From assembly GCA_030917555.1 (NCBI GenBank), contig JAUPUN010000001.1:1-40927 (forward strand): a stretch of DNA of 40,927 bases. The letters are read 5' to 3'. The stretch is from Patescibacteria group bacterium (lineage in GTDB: Bacteria > Patescibacteriota > Minisyncoccia > UBA6257). Position numbers and translations under genes: made by a program. The notes under the pieces were generated by a model, which saw only the letters and a program-made list of their open reading frames with translations, had not been told where the DNA came from and did no database searches. Positions 29,699 to 39,124 of this stretch are shown in pieces. Within the stretch, counting starts at the first letter, position 1; every line of letters begins with the position of its first letter.

Positions 29699-29812
29699 AT
29701 GAAAGTAAGAGCTTCAGTTAAAAAAATTTGCAAAAATTGTAAAATAGTAAGACGTAAGGGTCGACTTTACGTAATTTGTTCGAATCCTAAACACAAACAA
29801 AGGCAAGGATAA
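29699..29812 (+). CDS. rpmJ: 50S ribosomal protein L36
   Basis: Absent from the supplied ORF track because it is only 37 aa. My translation is [37 protein letters not shown], with the CxxC...C...H zinc ribbon. It sits in the canonical infA-rpmJ-rpsM slot. Confidence 0.93.
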   Translation: MKVRASVKKICKNCKIVRRKGRLYVICSNPKHKQRQG

Positions 29813-29819
29813 TTTTTAT

Positions 29820-30212
29820 ATGGTTAGAATTTTAGGTGTAGATATTCCTGATAATAAAAATATTGAAGTTTCTTTAACCTATCTTTATGGAATAGGGCCC
29901 TTTTTAGCTAAAAAAATTCTTGAGGAGACTAAAATTAATTCTCAAAAAAAGGCTAAAGAATTGACCAGTACGGAAATTAATGCCATTAAAGAATATTTAG
30001 AAAAAAATAAAATAAAAATAGAAGGTGAGCTTCGACAAGAAATAAAGGCAAATATTAAAAGGCTGATAGATATTAATGCCTATCGAGGTATTAGACATAT
30101 TCGAAGATTGCCAGTGAGAGGTCAAAGAACGAAAACCAATTCCAGAACAGTAAGAGGAAATGTCAGGAAAACAGTAGGTTCTGGCAGAAGAAAAGCTGCT
30201 TCTCCAACCTAA
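29820..30212 (+). CDS. rpsM: 30S ribosomal protein S13
   Basis: MVRILGVDIPDNK ... YGIG ... YRGIRH..LPVRGQRTKTN. Confidence 0.97.
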   Translation: MVRILGVDIPDNKNIEVSLTYLYGIGPFLAKKILEETKINSQKKAKELTSTEINAIKEYLEKNKIKIEGELRQEIKANIKRLIDINAYRGIRHIRRLPVRGQRTKTNSRTVRGNVRKTVGSGRRKAASPT

Positions 30213-30232
30213 AGATAATCCAAAAACCAAAA

Positions 30233-30248
30233 TGACAATAAATTGTCA
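30233..30248. promoter_or_regulatory. Perfect palindrome TGACAATAAATTGTCA in the rpsM-rpsK spacer
   Basis: 7-bp arms around a central AA, read directly. Confidence 0.45.
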
Positions 30249-30310
30249 ATGATTCAATGTCTTTAGGTTTAAAAATTGATAATTGATAATTATTAGTTAA
30301 TAAAAATATT

Positions 30311-30751
30311 ATGGGTAAAAAAAGAGTTGTTACTAAATCAGGAGAAGATCTTTCCAAAATTGAGGAAAAAATTTCTACTTCTCAAGCTAAAGCTCCTAAT
30401 GTCCAATTAGAAAAGGGGAGAATTTATATTACTGCTTCTTATAATAATACCATGGTTTCTGTAACTGATTTGAGTGGCAGAGTAATAGCTTGGAGTTCCG
30501 CTGGTCTTTTAGGTTTTAAAGGCCCTAAAAAAGCTACTCCTTTTGCGGCTTCCAAAGTAGTAGAAGCAGTTTTAGAACAAGTAAAAAAAAGTGGCTTAAA
30601 AACTGTAGAGATTTATGTGAAAGGAGTAGGTGGTGGTAGAGATTCAGCTATGAGGACTATAGCTAGCCATGGTTTAGATATAGATTTAATTAAAGACGTA
30701 ACTCCTTTACCGCATAATGGACCAAGACCTCCCAAAGTAAGAAGAGTATAA
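30311..30751 (+). CDS. rpsK: 30S ribosomal protein S11
   Basis: IYITASYNNTMVSVTDLSGRVIAWSSAG..GFKGPKKATPFAA ... DVTPLPHNGPRPPK.RR. Confidence 0.97.
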   Translation: MGKKRVVTKSGEDLSKIEEKISTSQAKAPNVQLEKGRIYITASYNNTMVSVTDLSGRVIAWSSAGLLGFKGPKKATPFAASKVVEAVLEQVKKSGLKTVEIYVKGVGGGRDSAMRTIASHGLDIDLIKDVTPLPHNGPRPPKVRRV

Positions 30752-30762
30752 AATAAACGCAT

Positions 30763-31380
30763 ATGAAAAAACCGTCATGTAAACAATGTCGAGCCAAGGG
30801 GGAAAAACTATTTCTTAAGGGTGAAAAATGCTACACTCCTAAATGCCCAATGGCTAAGAGAGGTTTAGCTCTTCATGGTAAAAGTAAGAGGCGACCTGCT
30901 TTAACGACTTATGGAAAACAATTAACAGAAAAGCAGAAAGCTAAATTAATTTATGGGGTTAGAGAAAGACAATTCCATCGCTATTTTGATTTAGCAGATC
31001 AGAAAAAAGGAGCAACACCAGTTATTCTTTCCCAGTTATTGGAAAGAAGATTAGATAATGTAATTTTTAGAGCTGGGTTTGTTTCATCACGGGCTAGTGC
31101 TAAAAAACTAATTTCTTATGGTCATTTTTTCTTGAATGGCAGAAGACATACTATTCCCTCTACTTTAGTAAAAAAAGGCGACGTTATTTCACTTAATCCT
31201 GTTTCTTTAAATAAGGCACCTTTTAAAAATATTAAAGAGCGATTAGAAAAAAGTAAACCCCCCAAGTTTCTGGAAGTGGATTCTGATAAATTAACGATTA
31301 CTATTAAAGAAGATCCTGAAGTAGAGGAATTGGATCTTAATATCGATTTTCCGTCTATTGTAGAGTTCTATAGTAAATAA
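30763..31380 (+). CDS. rpsD: 30S ribosomal protein S4
   Basis: N-terminal Cys cluster CKQC...CYTPKC and the S4 RNA-binding domain RLDNVIFRAGF. Confidence 0.96.
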   Translation: MKKPSCKQCRAKGEKLFLKGEKCYTPKCPMAKRGLALHGKSKRRPALTTYGKQLTEKQKAKLIYGVRERQFHRYFDLADQKKGATPVILSQLLERRLDNVIFRAGFVSSRASAKKLISYGHFFLNGRRHTIPSTLVKKGDVISLNPVSLNKAPFKNIKERLEKSKPPKFLEVDSDKLTITIKEDPEVEELDLNIDFPSIVEFYSK

Positions 31381-31496
31381 AGTTCTTGCCTAAAAACTAC
31401 CTAAGTTTTTGTTTGCCTGCCAAAATTTCTTTAAAATTTAGGCGGGTGAATAAACCTGAGGCAAGTAAACAACTAAATAAAATTATTTAATCTTCT

Positions 31497-32432
31497 ATGG
31501 TTCAACTTCCTACTGCTATTCAAAAAATAGAACAATTAAAAAATTACGGCAAATTTCAAATCGAAGGACTATATCCTGGTTACGGAATTACTATTGGAAA
31601 TGCTCTCCGAAGAGTTTTGATTTCTTCAATGGAGGGAGCAGCTGTAACTTCTTTTAGAATTGAAGGGGTACAACACGAATTTAGTCCAATTCCTAATGCC
31701 AAAGAAACAGCTCTAGATTTAATGCTAAATTTAAAACAATTAAGAGTAAAACTCTTTTCAACAGAACCCCAAGCGCTTACTTTAGAGGTAAACGGCGAAA
31801 AAGAAGTTACTGCTCGTGATTTCAAAAAGAATCCTTTAGTAGAAATTTTAAATCCCGATCTTCATTTAGTTACTTTAACCGATAAAAAAGCTCAATTTAA
31901 TTTAGAAGTAACAGTAGAAAATGGGGTAGGTTACGTTCTAGCAGAAGAAAGAAATAAAGAAAAGCTACCTATTGGTACTATTGCTCTTGATGCTATGTTT
32001 AGCCCGATTGTGAAAGTAAATTATAAAATAGAAAATATGCGAGTAGGGGAGAGAACTGATTTTAATCGTTTAATCATTGAAATAGAAACTGATGGTTCTT
32101 TAAGTCCGGAGGAAGCCTTAGGCACAGCAGCTCAAATCCTCAAAGACCATTTTGCCTTAATTGAGAAGCAATTTTTGCCTTTAGGCGAAGAAAATAAGGT
32201 AACTGCTACTACTACTTTTAAATTAGAGAAAAAAGAGCCAAAGGAAATTTTGATTGAAGATTTAGATTTGAGCCCTCGAACTAAAAAGGCATTACTAACT
32301 AACGGTATTAAAACTTTGGCTGGTCTGTTAAGATATAAAGAAGAAACACTAAAAGATCTAGATGGTTTAGGTGAAAAATCATTAGAGGAATTAAAAGAAG
32401 TTTTAAAAAATTTGGAGTATACTCTTAAATAA
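31497..32432 (+). CDS. rpoA: DNA-directed RNA polymerase subunit alpha
   Basis: N-terminal domain GYGITIGNALRRVLISS and C-terminal domain LDLSPRTKKALLTNGIKTLAGLL. Canonical position after rpsD. Confidence 0.96.
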   Translation: MVQLPTAIQKIEQLKNYGKFQIEGLYPGYGITIGNALRRVLISSMEGAAVTSFRIEGVQHEFSPIPNAKETALDLMLNLKQLRVKLFSTEPQALTLEVNGEKEVTARDFKKNPLVEILNPDLHLVTLTDKKAQFNLEVTVENGVGYVLAEERNKEKLPIGTIALDAMFSPIVKVNYKIENMRVGERTDFNRLIIEIETDGSLSPEEALGTAAQILKDHFALIEKQFLPLGEENKVTATTTFKLEKKEPKEILIEDLDLSPRTKKALLTNGIKTLAGLLRYKEETLKDLDGLGEKSLEELKEVLKNLEYTLK

Positions 32433-32442
32433 TTGTGTTGTT

Positions 32443-32796
32443 ATGAAACATTTAAAAGAGGGTAAAAAATTTCATAGAAAAACCGGACCAAGAAAGGCTC
32501 TACTCAAAAGCCTAACAGTAAATTTAATTATTAATGGAAAAATACAAACGACTAAAAGCAAAGCAAAAGAAACGCAGAAGCAAATTGAAAGATTAATTAC
32601 CATTGCGAAGAAGCAGAATTTAACTGCTTTAAGACAAATTAAGGAAGTTCTTCCGGATAAAATAGCTAATAAACTCTATTATGAGATTGCACCTCGTTAT
32701 TTGAAAAGAAGAGGAGGTTATACTAGAATTCTCAAAACAACTACTCGCAGAAAAAGAGATGCTACCGAATTGGTAATCTTAGAGTTCGTAGAATAA
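32443..32796 (+). CDS. rplQ: 50S ribosomal protein L17
   Basis: MKHLKEGKKFHRKTGPRKALLKSL ... GGYTRILK. Follows rpoA. Confidence 0.95.
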   Translation: MKHLKEGKKFHRKTGPRKALLKSLTVNLIINGKIQTTKSKAKETQKQIERLITIAKKQNLTALRQIKEVLPDKIANKLYYEIAPRYLKRRGGYTRILKTTTRRKRDATELVILEFVE

Positions 32797-32840
32797 ATGA
32801 ATTAACCTTTAGAAAATTAAATTAATTTGACTTAATTTGT

Positions 32841-33200
32841 ATGCCTAAATCTAATAATCATACCATTACTATCGATGCTACTGGACAATCACTAGGAAGA
32901 TTGGCTTCTCGCGTTGCTGTTTTACTCCAAGATAAAAATAAAGCTGTTTTCGAACCTAATAAAATAGGTGAAAATATTGTAGTAGTTAATAATTTAAGTA
33001 AAGTTAAATTTAAGGGCACTAAAACAAAAACTAAAATGTATCGTCATCCCACTGGTTATTTAGGCCACTTGAAGGAAACTTCCCTTGAGGAATTATGGGC
33101 AAAAAACCCTAAAAAAGTTTTAATTTTAGCCGTAAAAGGAATGTTGCCCAAAAATAAATTACGAGAGCGTCGCTTGAAACATTTAATTATTAATTTGTAG
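32841..33200 (+). CDS. rplM: 50S ribosomal protein L13 (short, 119 aa)
   Basis: IDATGQSLGRLASRVAVLL ... YRHPTGYLG ... AVKGMLPKNKL. Followed by rpsI. Confidence 0.93.
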   Translation: MPKSNNHTITIDATGQSLGRLASRVAVLLQDKNKAVFEPNKIGENIVVVNNLSKVKFKGTKTKTKMYRHPTGYLGHLKETSLEELWAKNPKKVLILAVKGMLPKNKLRERRLKHLIINL

Positions 33201-33202
33201 TT

Positions 33203-33646
33203 ATGGTTACTAAACAGTCAAAAGAGCAAAAAGAAACAAAAGAGTTAAAAGAAAAAACTCTTCAATATTATGAAGCAGTTGGAAGAAGAAAATCCAGTGT
33301 TGCTCGCGTAAGGATTAGCCAAGCTAACCCATCTTTAACTATTAATAATAAAACTTTGGAAGAGTATTTTGCTGACCCTGTTTTAAAAGAAAAAGTATTA
33401 AAACCTTTAAAGGAAACTAATTTAGAAAAGAAGCTTAGTGTTTCTGTACAAGTTAAAGGTGGCGGGACTACTGGTCAAGCAGAAGCTATTAGTCTGGGTT
33501 TAAGTCGAAGTTTAGTGCTGTTAGATGAAAAATTAAGAACCTCTCTGAGGCAAAAAGGACTTTTAACTAGAGATAGCAGGGTGGTGGAACGAAAGAAGTA
33601 TGGTTTAAAGAAAGCTCGCCGAGCTCCTCAGTGGCAAAAACGTTAA
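33203..33646 (+). CDS. rpsI: 30S ribosomal protein S9
   Basis: YEAVGRRKSSVARVRI ... VKGGGTTGQAEAI ... RDSRVVERKKYGLKKARRAPQWQKR. Confidence 0.96.
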   Translation: MVTKQSKEQKETKELKEKTLQYYEAVGRRKSSVARVRISQANPSLTINNKTLEEYFADPVLKEKVLKPLKETNLEKKLSVSVQVKGGGTTGQAEAISLGLSRSLVLLDEKLRTSLRQKGLLTRDSRVVERKKYGLKKARRAPQWQKR

Positions 33647-33670
33647 GCTGTTGCTGCTTAGCAATTTATT

Positions 33671-33697
33671 AAAAAGCGTCTTGCGGGGCGCTTTTTT
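33671..33697. terminator. Bidirectional intrinsic terminator between convergent rpsI and the 33718-35070 gene
   Basis: AAAAAGCG-TCTTGCGGGG-CGCTTTTTT. The stem is flanked by an A-run on one side and a T-run on the other. Confidence 0.75.
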
Positions 33698-33717
33698 AAT
33701 AAATTGTGAAACCACTT

Positions 33718-35070
33718 TTATAAATTGATTTTAGTTAAACCTTGAGACGTCAGAAGAAAGAGATAGTTTAAAGAACGATCATACAGAAATTGCCCATTTT
33801 TTAAATCGTTAGTAATAGGCCAGGTTTCTTTAGAAAGAAAATTATAAATTTTTAGTTGAGTATTATTAGTTAAGAAAAATGATTCATCATCTAAAAACCA
33901 TTGTGGCTGAACATCTGTATATAATTCTAAGTCAGTGAGTAAATTGTCTGTTAAATGATAAATTGCTAGTCGCTTATCGTTTCGATAAATTAAAAGATTC
34001 AGTCCGTTAGGAGATAAACTGCAATTCAGAACATTACTAGTGATTAACTTGGGGAGATCAGTTTGATTATTATTAAAAAGATATAACTGTCCGTTAGGCT
34101 TGATGCTTAGAAGTGAATTGTGATGAGGTAGCTTGATTATTTTTACTTGTTCTAAGTTTTCCTCTTTGTCTCGAAATGAGAAAAAAGAAAGCTGTTGAGA
34201 AACATTTTTTTCTAAATCAAAAGAAGTAAGAAGACCATTATCTTTAACGAAATATAAAATTTCATTATCTATCAAAAAAGGAGAAGTTGGCGAATCGACT
34301 AAAAGAATTAGAGATTTATCTAAATAATTAAATTGATAAATACCCTGATTAGTTCGTATTAACAGGTCATCATTTGAAAAATCAGATAAAAATTCTACTT
34401 GTAGAATTGCTAAATTATTAAGAGAAACTGTTTGAAGACCTGTTTCTTTAAGGGCTTCTTTCAAGCGATTGGTGAGATTGATTTCTTGTTCTACAATACT
34501 TTGGGGTAAAAAAATAACTCTCCAATCATGAGGAGGCAAAAGTGATATAATTTTTTTGCCATCTGGAGCAAAAAGGATTCGTTGGGGAAGTGAAGGAGAT
34601 TGATAAAATTTGGAACTTTCTTTGGTAGTGCGATTATAAAGTAGCCAGTCATATTTATTATTAGCGAGCGCTTTAAAATAAATTAAAAAATTAGTAGTAG
34701 GACTGGTTTTAAAATCACTTAAATTAGGATCTGCTACCAAAACCTCTTCTTGAAAAGATTTGGGGAAGAGATAAATTTTACCCAAGTCTATTGTTTCTTG
34801 AGAGCGAACAGTTACGTTCTTTTTGACCACAGAATAACCGGGATAGCTAAACACTAGGGTATATTGATTGGGTGGTAGTTTTAAAATGGCGACTCCTTGA
34901 TCAGCCTGATAAATTTTCCAACCAACCGAGATGGTAGCTTGAGGAGGAGAGAGAGTAACTTTAATAACTCCTAGCTGACGAGAATTTTGATTGTGCCATT
35001 GAGAATAAGCAAGGCCTAATAAAACACAAACTATCAGAATAATAATAAGAATAAGTTTTGATTTGGTCAT
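33718..35070 (-). CDS. Membrane-anchored protein with a PEGA-like domain and a probable beta-propeller; function unknown
   Basis: N-terminal TM segment (LILIIILIVCVLLGLAY). PEGA-like segment IKVTLSPPQATISVG...LPPNQYTLVFSYPGYSVVKKNVTV. The remainder is repetitive and beta-rich. Confidence 0.5.
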   Translation of the reverse strand: MTKSKLILIIILIVCVLLGLAYSQWHNQNSRQLGVIKVTLSPPQATISVGWKIYQADQGVAILKLPPNQYTLVFSYPGYSVVKKNVTVRSQETIDLGKIYLFPKSFQEEVLVADPNLSDFKTSPTTNFLIYFKALANNKYDWLLYNRTTKESSKFYQSPSLPQRILFAPDGKKIISLLPPHDWRVIFLPQSIVEQEINLTNRLKEALKETGLQTVSLNNLAILQVEFLSDFSNDDLLIRTNQGIYQFNYLDKSLILLVDSPTSPFLIDNEILYFVKDNGLLTSFDLEKNVSQQLSFFSFRDKEENLEQVKIIKLPHHNSLLSIKPNGQLYLFNNNQTDLPKLITSNVLNCSLSPNGLNLLIYRNDKRLAIYHLTDNLLTDLELYTDVQPQWFLDDESFFLTNNTQLKIYNFLSKETWPITNDLKNGQFLYDRSLNYLFLLTSQGLTKINL

Positions 35071-35119
35071 ACCCTTCCATTATAGCAAAAAATATTATAC
35101 AATATAAATATTAGGAAGT

Positions 35120-36223
35120 ATGCTTCGTAAAAAGAAATATCGCAAATCGTTATTAATTTTAACCTGTCTCTTAGTGATAATAGGCTTATTAGCTTTGATT
35201 AGTGCTTCCTCGATCAAAGGGGCTGAAGAATATCGCGATGTTTTTTATTATGTAAAAAAACAATTGCTTCAAGGGGTGCTCGGTGGCTTTTTCTTAATGT
35301 GGTTAATTTCTGTAATTAATTATAAAATTTGGCAGAAATTTGCCTTAGTACTTTTCATTTTAAATATAATTTTAGTTGGTTTGTGTTTTGTAAGCCCATT
35401 TAAATATGTAATTAATTCTTCTCATCGTTGGTTTAAACTTGGTCCTCTAGTATTTCAGCCTTCGGAATTTTTAAAAATTACTTATATTTTATTCTTAGCT
35501 CAGATTTTAAGTAAAGCATCTCCTCAAAAACTTCAAAGAATTTTTGGGGCTCCTTTTTTGACTTTTCTTTTTTCTTTAGGTTCGGTAGGGTTACTTTTAG
35601 GTTTACAACCTTCTACTGGTACCTTCTTAATCTTGGCGTGTAGTGCTACTGCCATGTACCTAGCAGCTGGTTTAACTTTGAAACAATTTGTAGTTCTTAT
35701 AATGTCAGCTAGTCTACTTCTAGGAGGCTTGATTATTCATAGTGATTATCGGCTAGCAAGAATTAAGGGTTTTTTTGATACCGAGGAAGATCCGTTAGGC
35801 AAGGGTTATCAAAGCCGACAGGCTTTAATTGGAATAGGTTCTGGAGGTTTATTTGGGGTAGGTTTTGGTAATTCAGTTCAGAAATTTAATTATTTGCCAG
35901 CTAGCCATACCGATGCCATTTTCGCTATTATAGCTGAGGAGACTGGTTTAGTGGGGTCTTTTTGTCTCCTTGTCATTTATCTTCTTTTAATTTCACTTGG
36001 CTTTGGTTTAGCCAAAGAAATTCCTAATTTATTTGGAAAATATGTGACCATTGGTTTAATTACTGGGATAGGTAGTCAGGCCTTTATTAATATCGCAGCT
36101 ATGTGCAAATTAATGCCAATTACTGGTATTCCTTTGCCTTTTATTAGCTATGGTTCTTCAGCTCTTATTACCAATTTAGCAGAAATAGGGTTTCTTTTAA
36201 ACTTCAGCAAAAACTCGACTTAA
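35120..36223 (+). CDS. ftsW: SEDS-family peptidoglycan glycosyltransferase FtsW/RodA
   Basis: Polytopic, with QPSEFLK, ASHTDAIFAIIAEETG and PLPFISYGSSA. Immediately upstream of murG. Confidence 0.9.
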   Translation: MLRKKKYRKSLLILTCLLVIIGLLALISASSIKGAEEYRDVFYYVKKQLLQGVLGGFFLMWLISVINYKIWQKFALVLFILNIILVGLCFVSPFKYVINSSHRWFKLGPLVFQPSEFLKITYILFLAQILSKASPQKLQRIFGAPFLTFLFSLGSVGLLLGLQPSTGTFLILACSATAMYLAAGLTLKQFVVLIMSASLLLGGLIIHSDYRLARIKGFFDTEEDPLGKGYQSRQALIGIGSGGLFGVGFGNSVQKFNYLPASHTDAIFAIIAEETGLVGSFCLLVIYLLLISLGFGLAKEIPNLFGKYVTIGLITGIGSQAFINIAAMCKLMPITGIPLPFISYGSSALITNLAEIGFLLNFSKNST

Positions 36224-36235
36224 ATAATTTTAATT

Positions 36236-37447
36236 ATGGATTTATCATTTCTTCGTCCTCAGAAAACTTTTGCTCAGAAGTTGCGTGTAGTCTTAACAGG
36301 AGGTGGTTCTGGCGGCCATACCTTTCCCTTAATTGCAGTAGAAAGAGAGCTTAAAAAACAAGCTAATCGGCAAAATATTCAATTGGAGATTATGTATCTT
36401 GGTCCTGCTGATTTTACTGTGCCTTATTTAGTTCGGGAAGGAATAACCATCAAAACTATTAAAGCTGGAAAATTAAGAAGAGAATGGTCGTTTCAGAATC
36501 TGGTGGATTTTTTTAACACTTTGGCTGGTCTTTTTCAGGCGATGTGGCATTTGTATTTCTTTATGCCAGATTTTATTTTTTCTAAAGGTGGCTACGGTTC
36601 TTTTCCGGTAACTTTTTGGGGGTTTTTATTTTTTATTCCTACCTATATTCATGAAAGTGATAGTATCCCTGGTTTGGCTAATCGTTTAGCTGGTAAATTT
36701 GCTAAAAAAGTTTTTCTGTCTTTTGAAAGCAGTGGGCGCTATTTTCCTGCTGCTAAAACTATTCTTACTGGTAATCCGATTAGAGAAGATATTTTTCTTG
36801 AATCTTATGATCCTCAGGCTACTAAAAAACTCTTAGGTTTATCAGAAAGACCTTTAGTGACAATTATTGGAGGCTCTCAGGGTTCTCAACATATTAATGA
36901 TTTTATTTTGGATATTTTGCCAAAATTACTAGAAAGACTAGAAATTATTCATCAAGTGGGAACTAATAATTTTTCTCAAGTTCAAAAAGAACTAGAGATA
37001 ATTTTTCAAGAAATTGTTAAAAATGCTGAATTACAACAATATTATCACCCAGTGCCCTTTTTAGAAGAAAGCACTACTCCTAGCCTTAATTCTCTAAAAG
37101 ATGTATTATTAATTAGTGATTTGATTATTGCACGAGCTGGAAGTGGGTTAATTTTTGAAATTGCTGCTAGTTCGAAACCAGCTATTATCATTCCTTTACC
37201 ATGGGCTGCTCAGGATCACCAAAAGCAAAATGCTTATGAATATGCCAAATCTGGAGCAGCCATAGTAGTAGAAGAACAAAATCTAAAACCTAATCTTTTC
37301 TCTGATTTAATTTTCCGATTATTGGATAATAAAGAAAAATTAGCAGCTATGAGACAAGCTGCTCAAGCTTTCGCGAAACCTAAAGCAGCTGAGCAAATTG
37401 CTCAATATCTTCTCCAAGAAACACAAAATCTAATAACCAATTTCTAA
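36236..37447 (+). CDS. murG: UDP-N-acetylglucosamine--N-acetylmuramyl-(pentapeptide) pyrophosphoryl-undecaprenol GlcNAc transferase
   Basis: G-loop TGGGSGGHTFP, GGSQGS, and ARAGSG...E with a QDHQ.QNA-type C-terminal half. Confidence 0.92.
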   Translation: MDLSFLRPQKTFAQKLRVVLTGGGSGGHTFPLIAVERELKKQANRQNIQLEIMYLGPADFTVPYLVREGITIKTIKAGKLRREWSFQNLVDFFNTLAGLFQAMWHLYFFMPDFIFSKGGYGSFPVTFWGFLFFIPTYIHESDSIPGLANRLAGKFAKKVFLSFESSGRYFPAAKTILTGNPIREDIFLESYDPQATKKLLGLSERPLVTIIGGSQGSQHINDFILDILPKLLERLEIIHQVGTNNFSQVQKELEIIFQEIVKNAELQQYYHPVPFLEESTTPSLNSLKDVLLISDLIIARAGSGLIFEIAASSKPAIIIPLPWAAQDHQKQNAYEYAKSGAAIVVEEQNLKPNLFSDLIFRLLDNKEKLAAMRQAAQAFAKPKAAEQIAQYLLQETQNLITNF

Positions 37448-37536
37448 GAACCAAATAATTATCATTTTCAATTTAGATAAATTTTCAATGATTTAATGTC
37501 AAGAATTACAAATTACTTAATTGAAAATTATCTTCT

Positions 37537-39039
37537 ATGCTTGATCCCAAAACTCCTCAACAATTATTTGCCCCTCGAGTCAGATTAGCTCCTAGTCCTA
37601 CCGGCTGGTTTCATTTTGGTACGGCTAGGACTGCTCTATTTAATTATCTTTTTGCTAGAAAAAATGGGGGAAAGTTTATTTTAAGAATAGAGGATACTGA
37701 TAAAAAACGCTCTCAAAAAATTTACGAAGAAGACATTATTAATGGTTTAAAATGGTTAGGATTAGATTGGGATGAGGGTCCGGAGAGGGAAGGGGATTTT
37801 GGTCCATATCGTCAAAGCGAAAGATTGGATCTTTACGAAAAATATTTGAAGCAGCTTTTAGCAGATGGAAAGGCTTATTATTGTTTTTGTACGCCAGAGG
37901 AAATAGAAGCTCAAAAGCAAGACCTCATTTCTAGGGGTTTACCACCTAAGTATTCTGGCAAATGTCGAGATTTACCACCTCAACTAGTAGCTCAATATCT
38001 TGCGGAAAAGAAACCGGCGGTCATTAGGATTAAAATGCCTAAAACCACTCTGCAATTTGACGATTTAATTAGGGGAAAAGTAGAATTTAACTTGGATTTA
38101 CTAGGCGATCTGGTTATTGCTAAGAGCCTCAGAGAGCCTTTATATAATTTTTCTGTGGTAATTGACGATTATTTAATGCAAATTACGCACGTAATTCGCG
38201 GAGAAGACCATATTCCCAATACGCCTAAGCAAATAGTTATCCAGGAAGCTTTAGGCCTTCCTAGGCCTATTTACGCGCATTTGCCGATGATTTTAGGCCC
38301 TGATAGGTCTAAATTTAGCAAAAGACACGGCGCTACTGCTTTAGTAGAGTATCAAAAATTGGGGTATTTACCTGAAGCAGTTGTTAATTTTTTGGCTCTG
38401 CTAGGTTGGCATCCTGCTGATAATGAAGAGATTATGGACTTAGAGACCTTAGTTAAAAAATTTGAGTTAACTAAAGTGCAGAAAGGTGGAGCTATTTTTA
38501 ATTTCCAAAAATTAAATTGGTTTAATAATCAATATCTTAGGATTTTACCAAAAGAGAGAGTTTTTAATTATTTTGCAGATTATGTTAAAAAATATCCTCC
38601 TCCCTTCGATTTATCAGAAATTAATCAAGAGTATCTTAACAAGATTTTAGAAATAGAATTACCAAGAATTAATAATTTCAGTGAATTATTTCAAACCTGT
38701 GATTTTTTCTTCACCAAAGAGCTTAAATATCCTCCTGAGTTATTAATTTGGAAAGGAGAATCGGTAACAAATACTCAGCAGGCTTTGACTGATGTGTTAA
38801 ATATTATTAACCAAATTTCTGATGAGGATTTTAATCGGATTAATCTCCAATCAAAATTCTATACTTTTATTGATAATCACCTGGAATATCAAGGGAACAG
38901 AGGAAAATTATTATGGCCTTTGAGAGTGGCTTTATCAGGAAAACAAGCTTCAGCTGGACCTTTTGAAATAGCTGAGGTTCTTGGTAAAAAAGAAAGTTTA
39001 AGAAGAATCAAAGAAGCCATAAATAAGCTTGAAGCATAA
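37537..39039 (+). CDS. gltX: Glutamate--tRNA ligase
   Basis: RLAPSPTGWFHFGTARTALFNY (HIGH-type) and KFSKRHG (KMSKS-type). 500 aa. Confidence 0.94.
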   Translation: MLDPKTPQQLFAPRVRLAPSPTGWFHFGTARTALFNYLFARKNGGKFILRIEDTDKKRSQKIYEEDIINGLKWLGLDWDEGPEREGDFGPYRQSERLDLYEKYLKQLLADGKAYYCFCTPEEIEAQKQDLISRGLPPKYSGKCRDLPPQLVAQYLAEKKPAVIRIKMPKTTLQFDDLIRGKVEFNLDLLGDLVIAKSLREPLYNFSVVIDDYLMQITHVIRGEDHIPNTPKQIVIQEALGLPRPIYAHLPMILGPDRSKFSKRHGATALVEYQKLGYLPEAVVNFLALLGWHPADNEEIMDLETLVKKFELTKVQKGGAIFNFQKLNWFNNQYLRILPKERVFNYFADYVKKYPPPFDLSEINQEYLNKILEIELPRINNFSELFQTCDFFFTKELKYPPELLIWKGESVTNTQQALTDVLNIINQISDEDFNRINLQSKFYTFIDNHLEYQGNRGKLLWPLRVALSGKQASAGPFEIAEVLGKKESLRRIKEAINKLEA

Positions 39040-39073
39040 AATTCAATTTCATTATTGATTATTTAAGATCCCC

Positions 39074-39102
39074 TTGTCTTTTAGCGCTTATTATGGTATA
39101 AT
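39074..39102 (+). promoter_or_regulatory. Near-consensus promoter with extended -10
   Basis: TTGTCT (39074-39079), 17-nt spacer, TGgTATAAT (39094-39102). 22 nt before the ATG at 39125. Confidence 0.65.
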
Positions 39103-39124
39103 ATAGATAGTGTTAGAAAAATAT

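Noticed and set aside
37448-37536. I looked for T-box leaders before gltX, and also before alaS at 21843-21854
   Set aside because: The spacers (89 nt and 12 nt) are far too short for a T-box, and no T-box core sequence (AGGGTGGNACCGCG-like) is visible.
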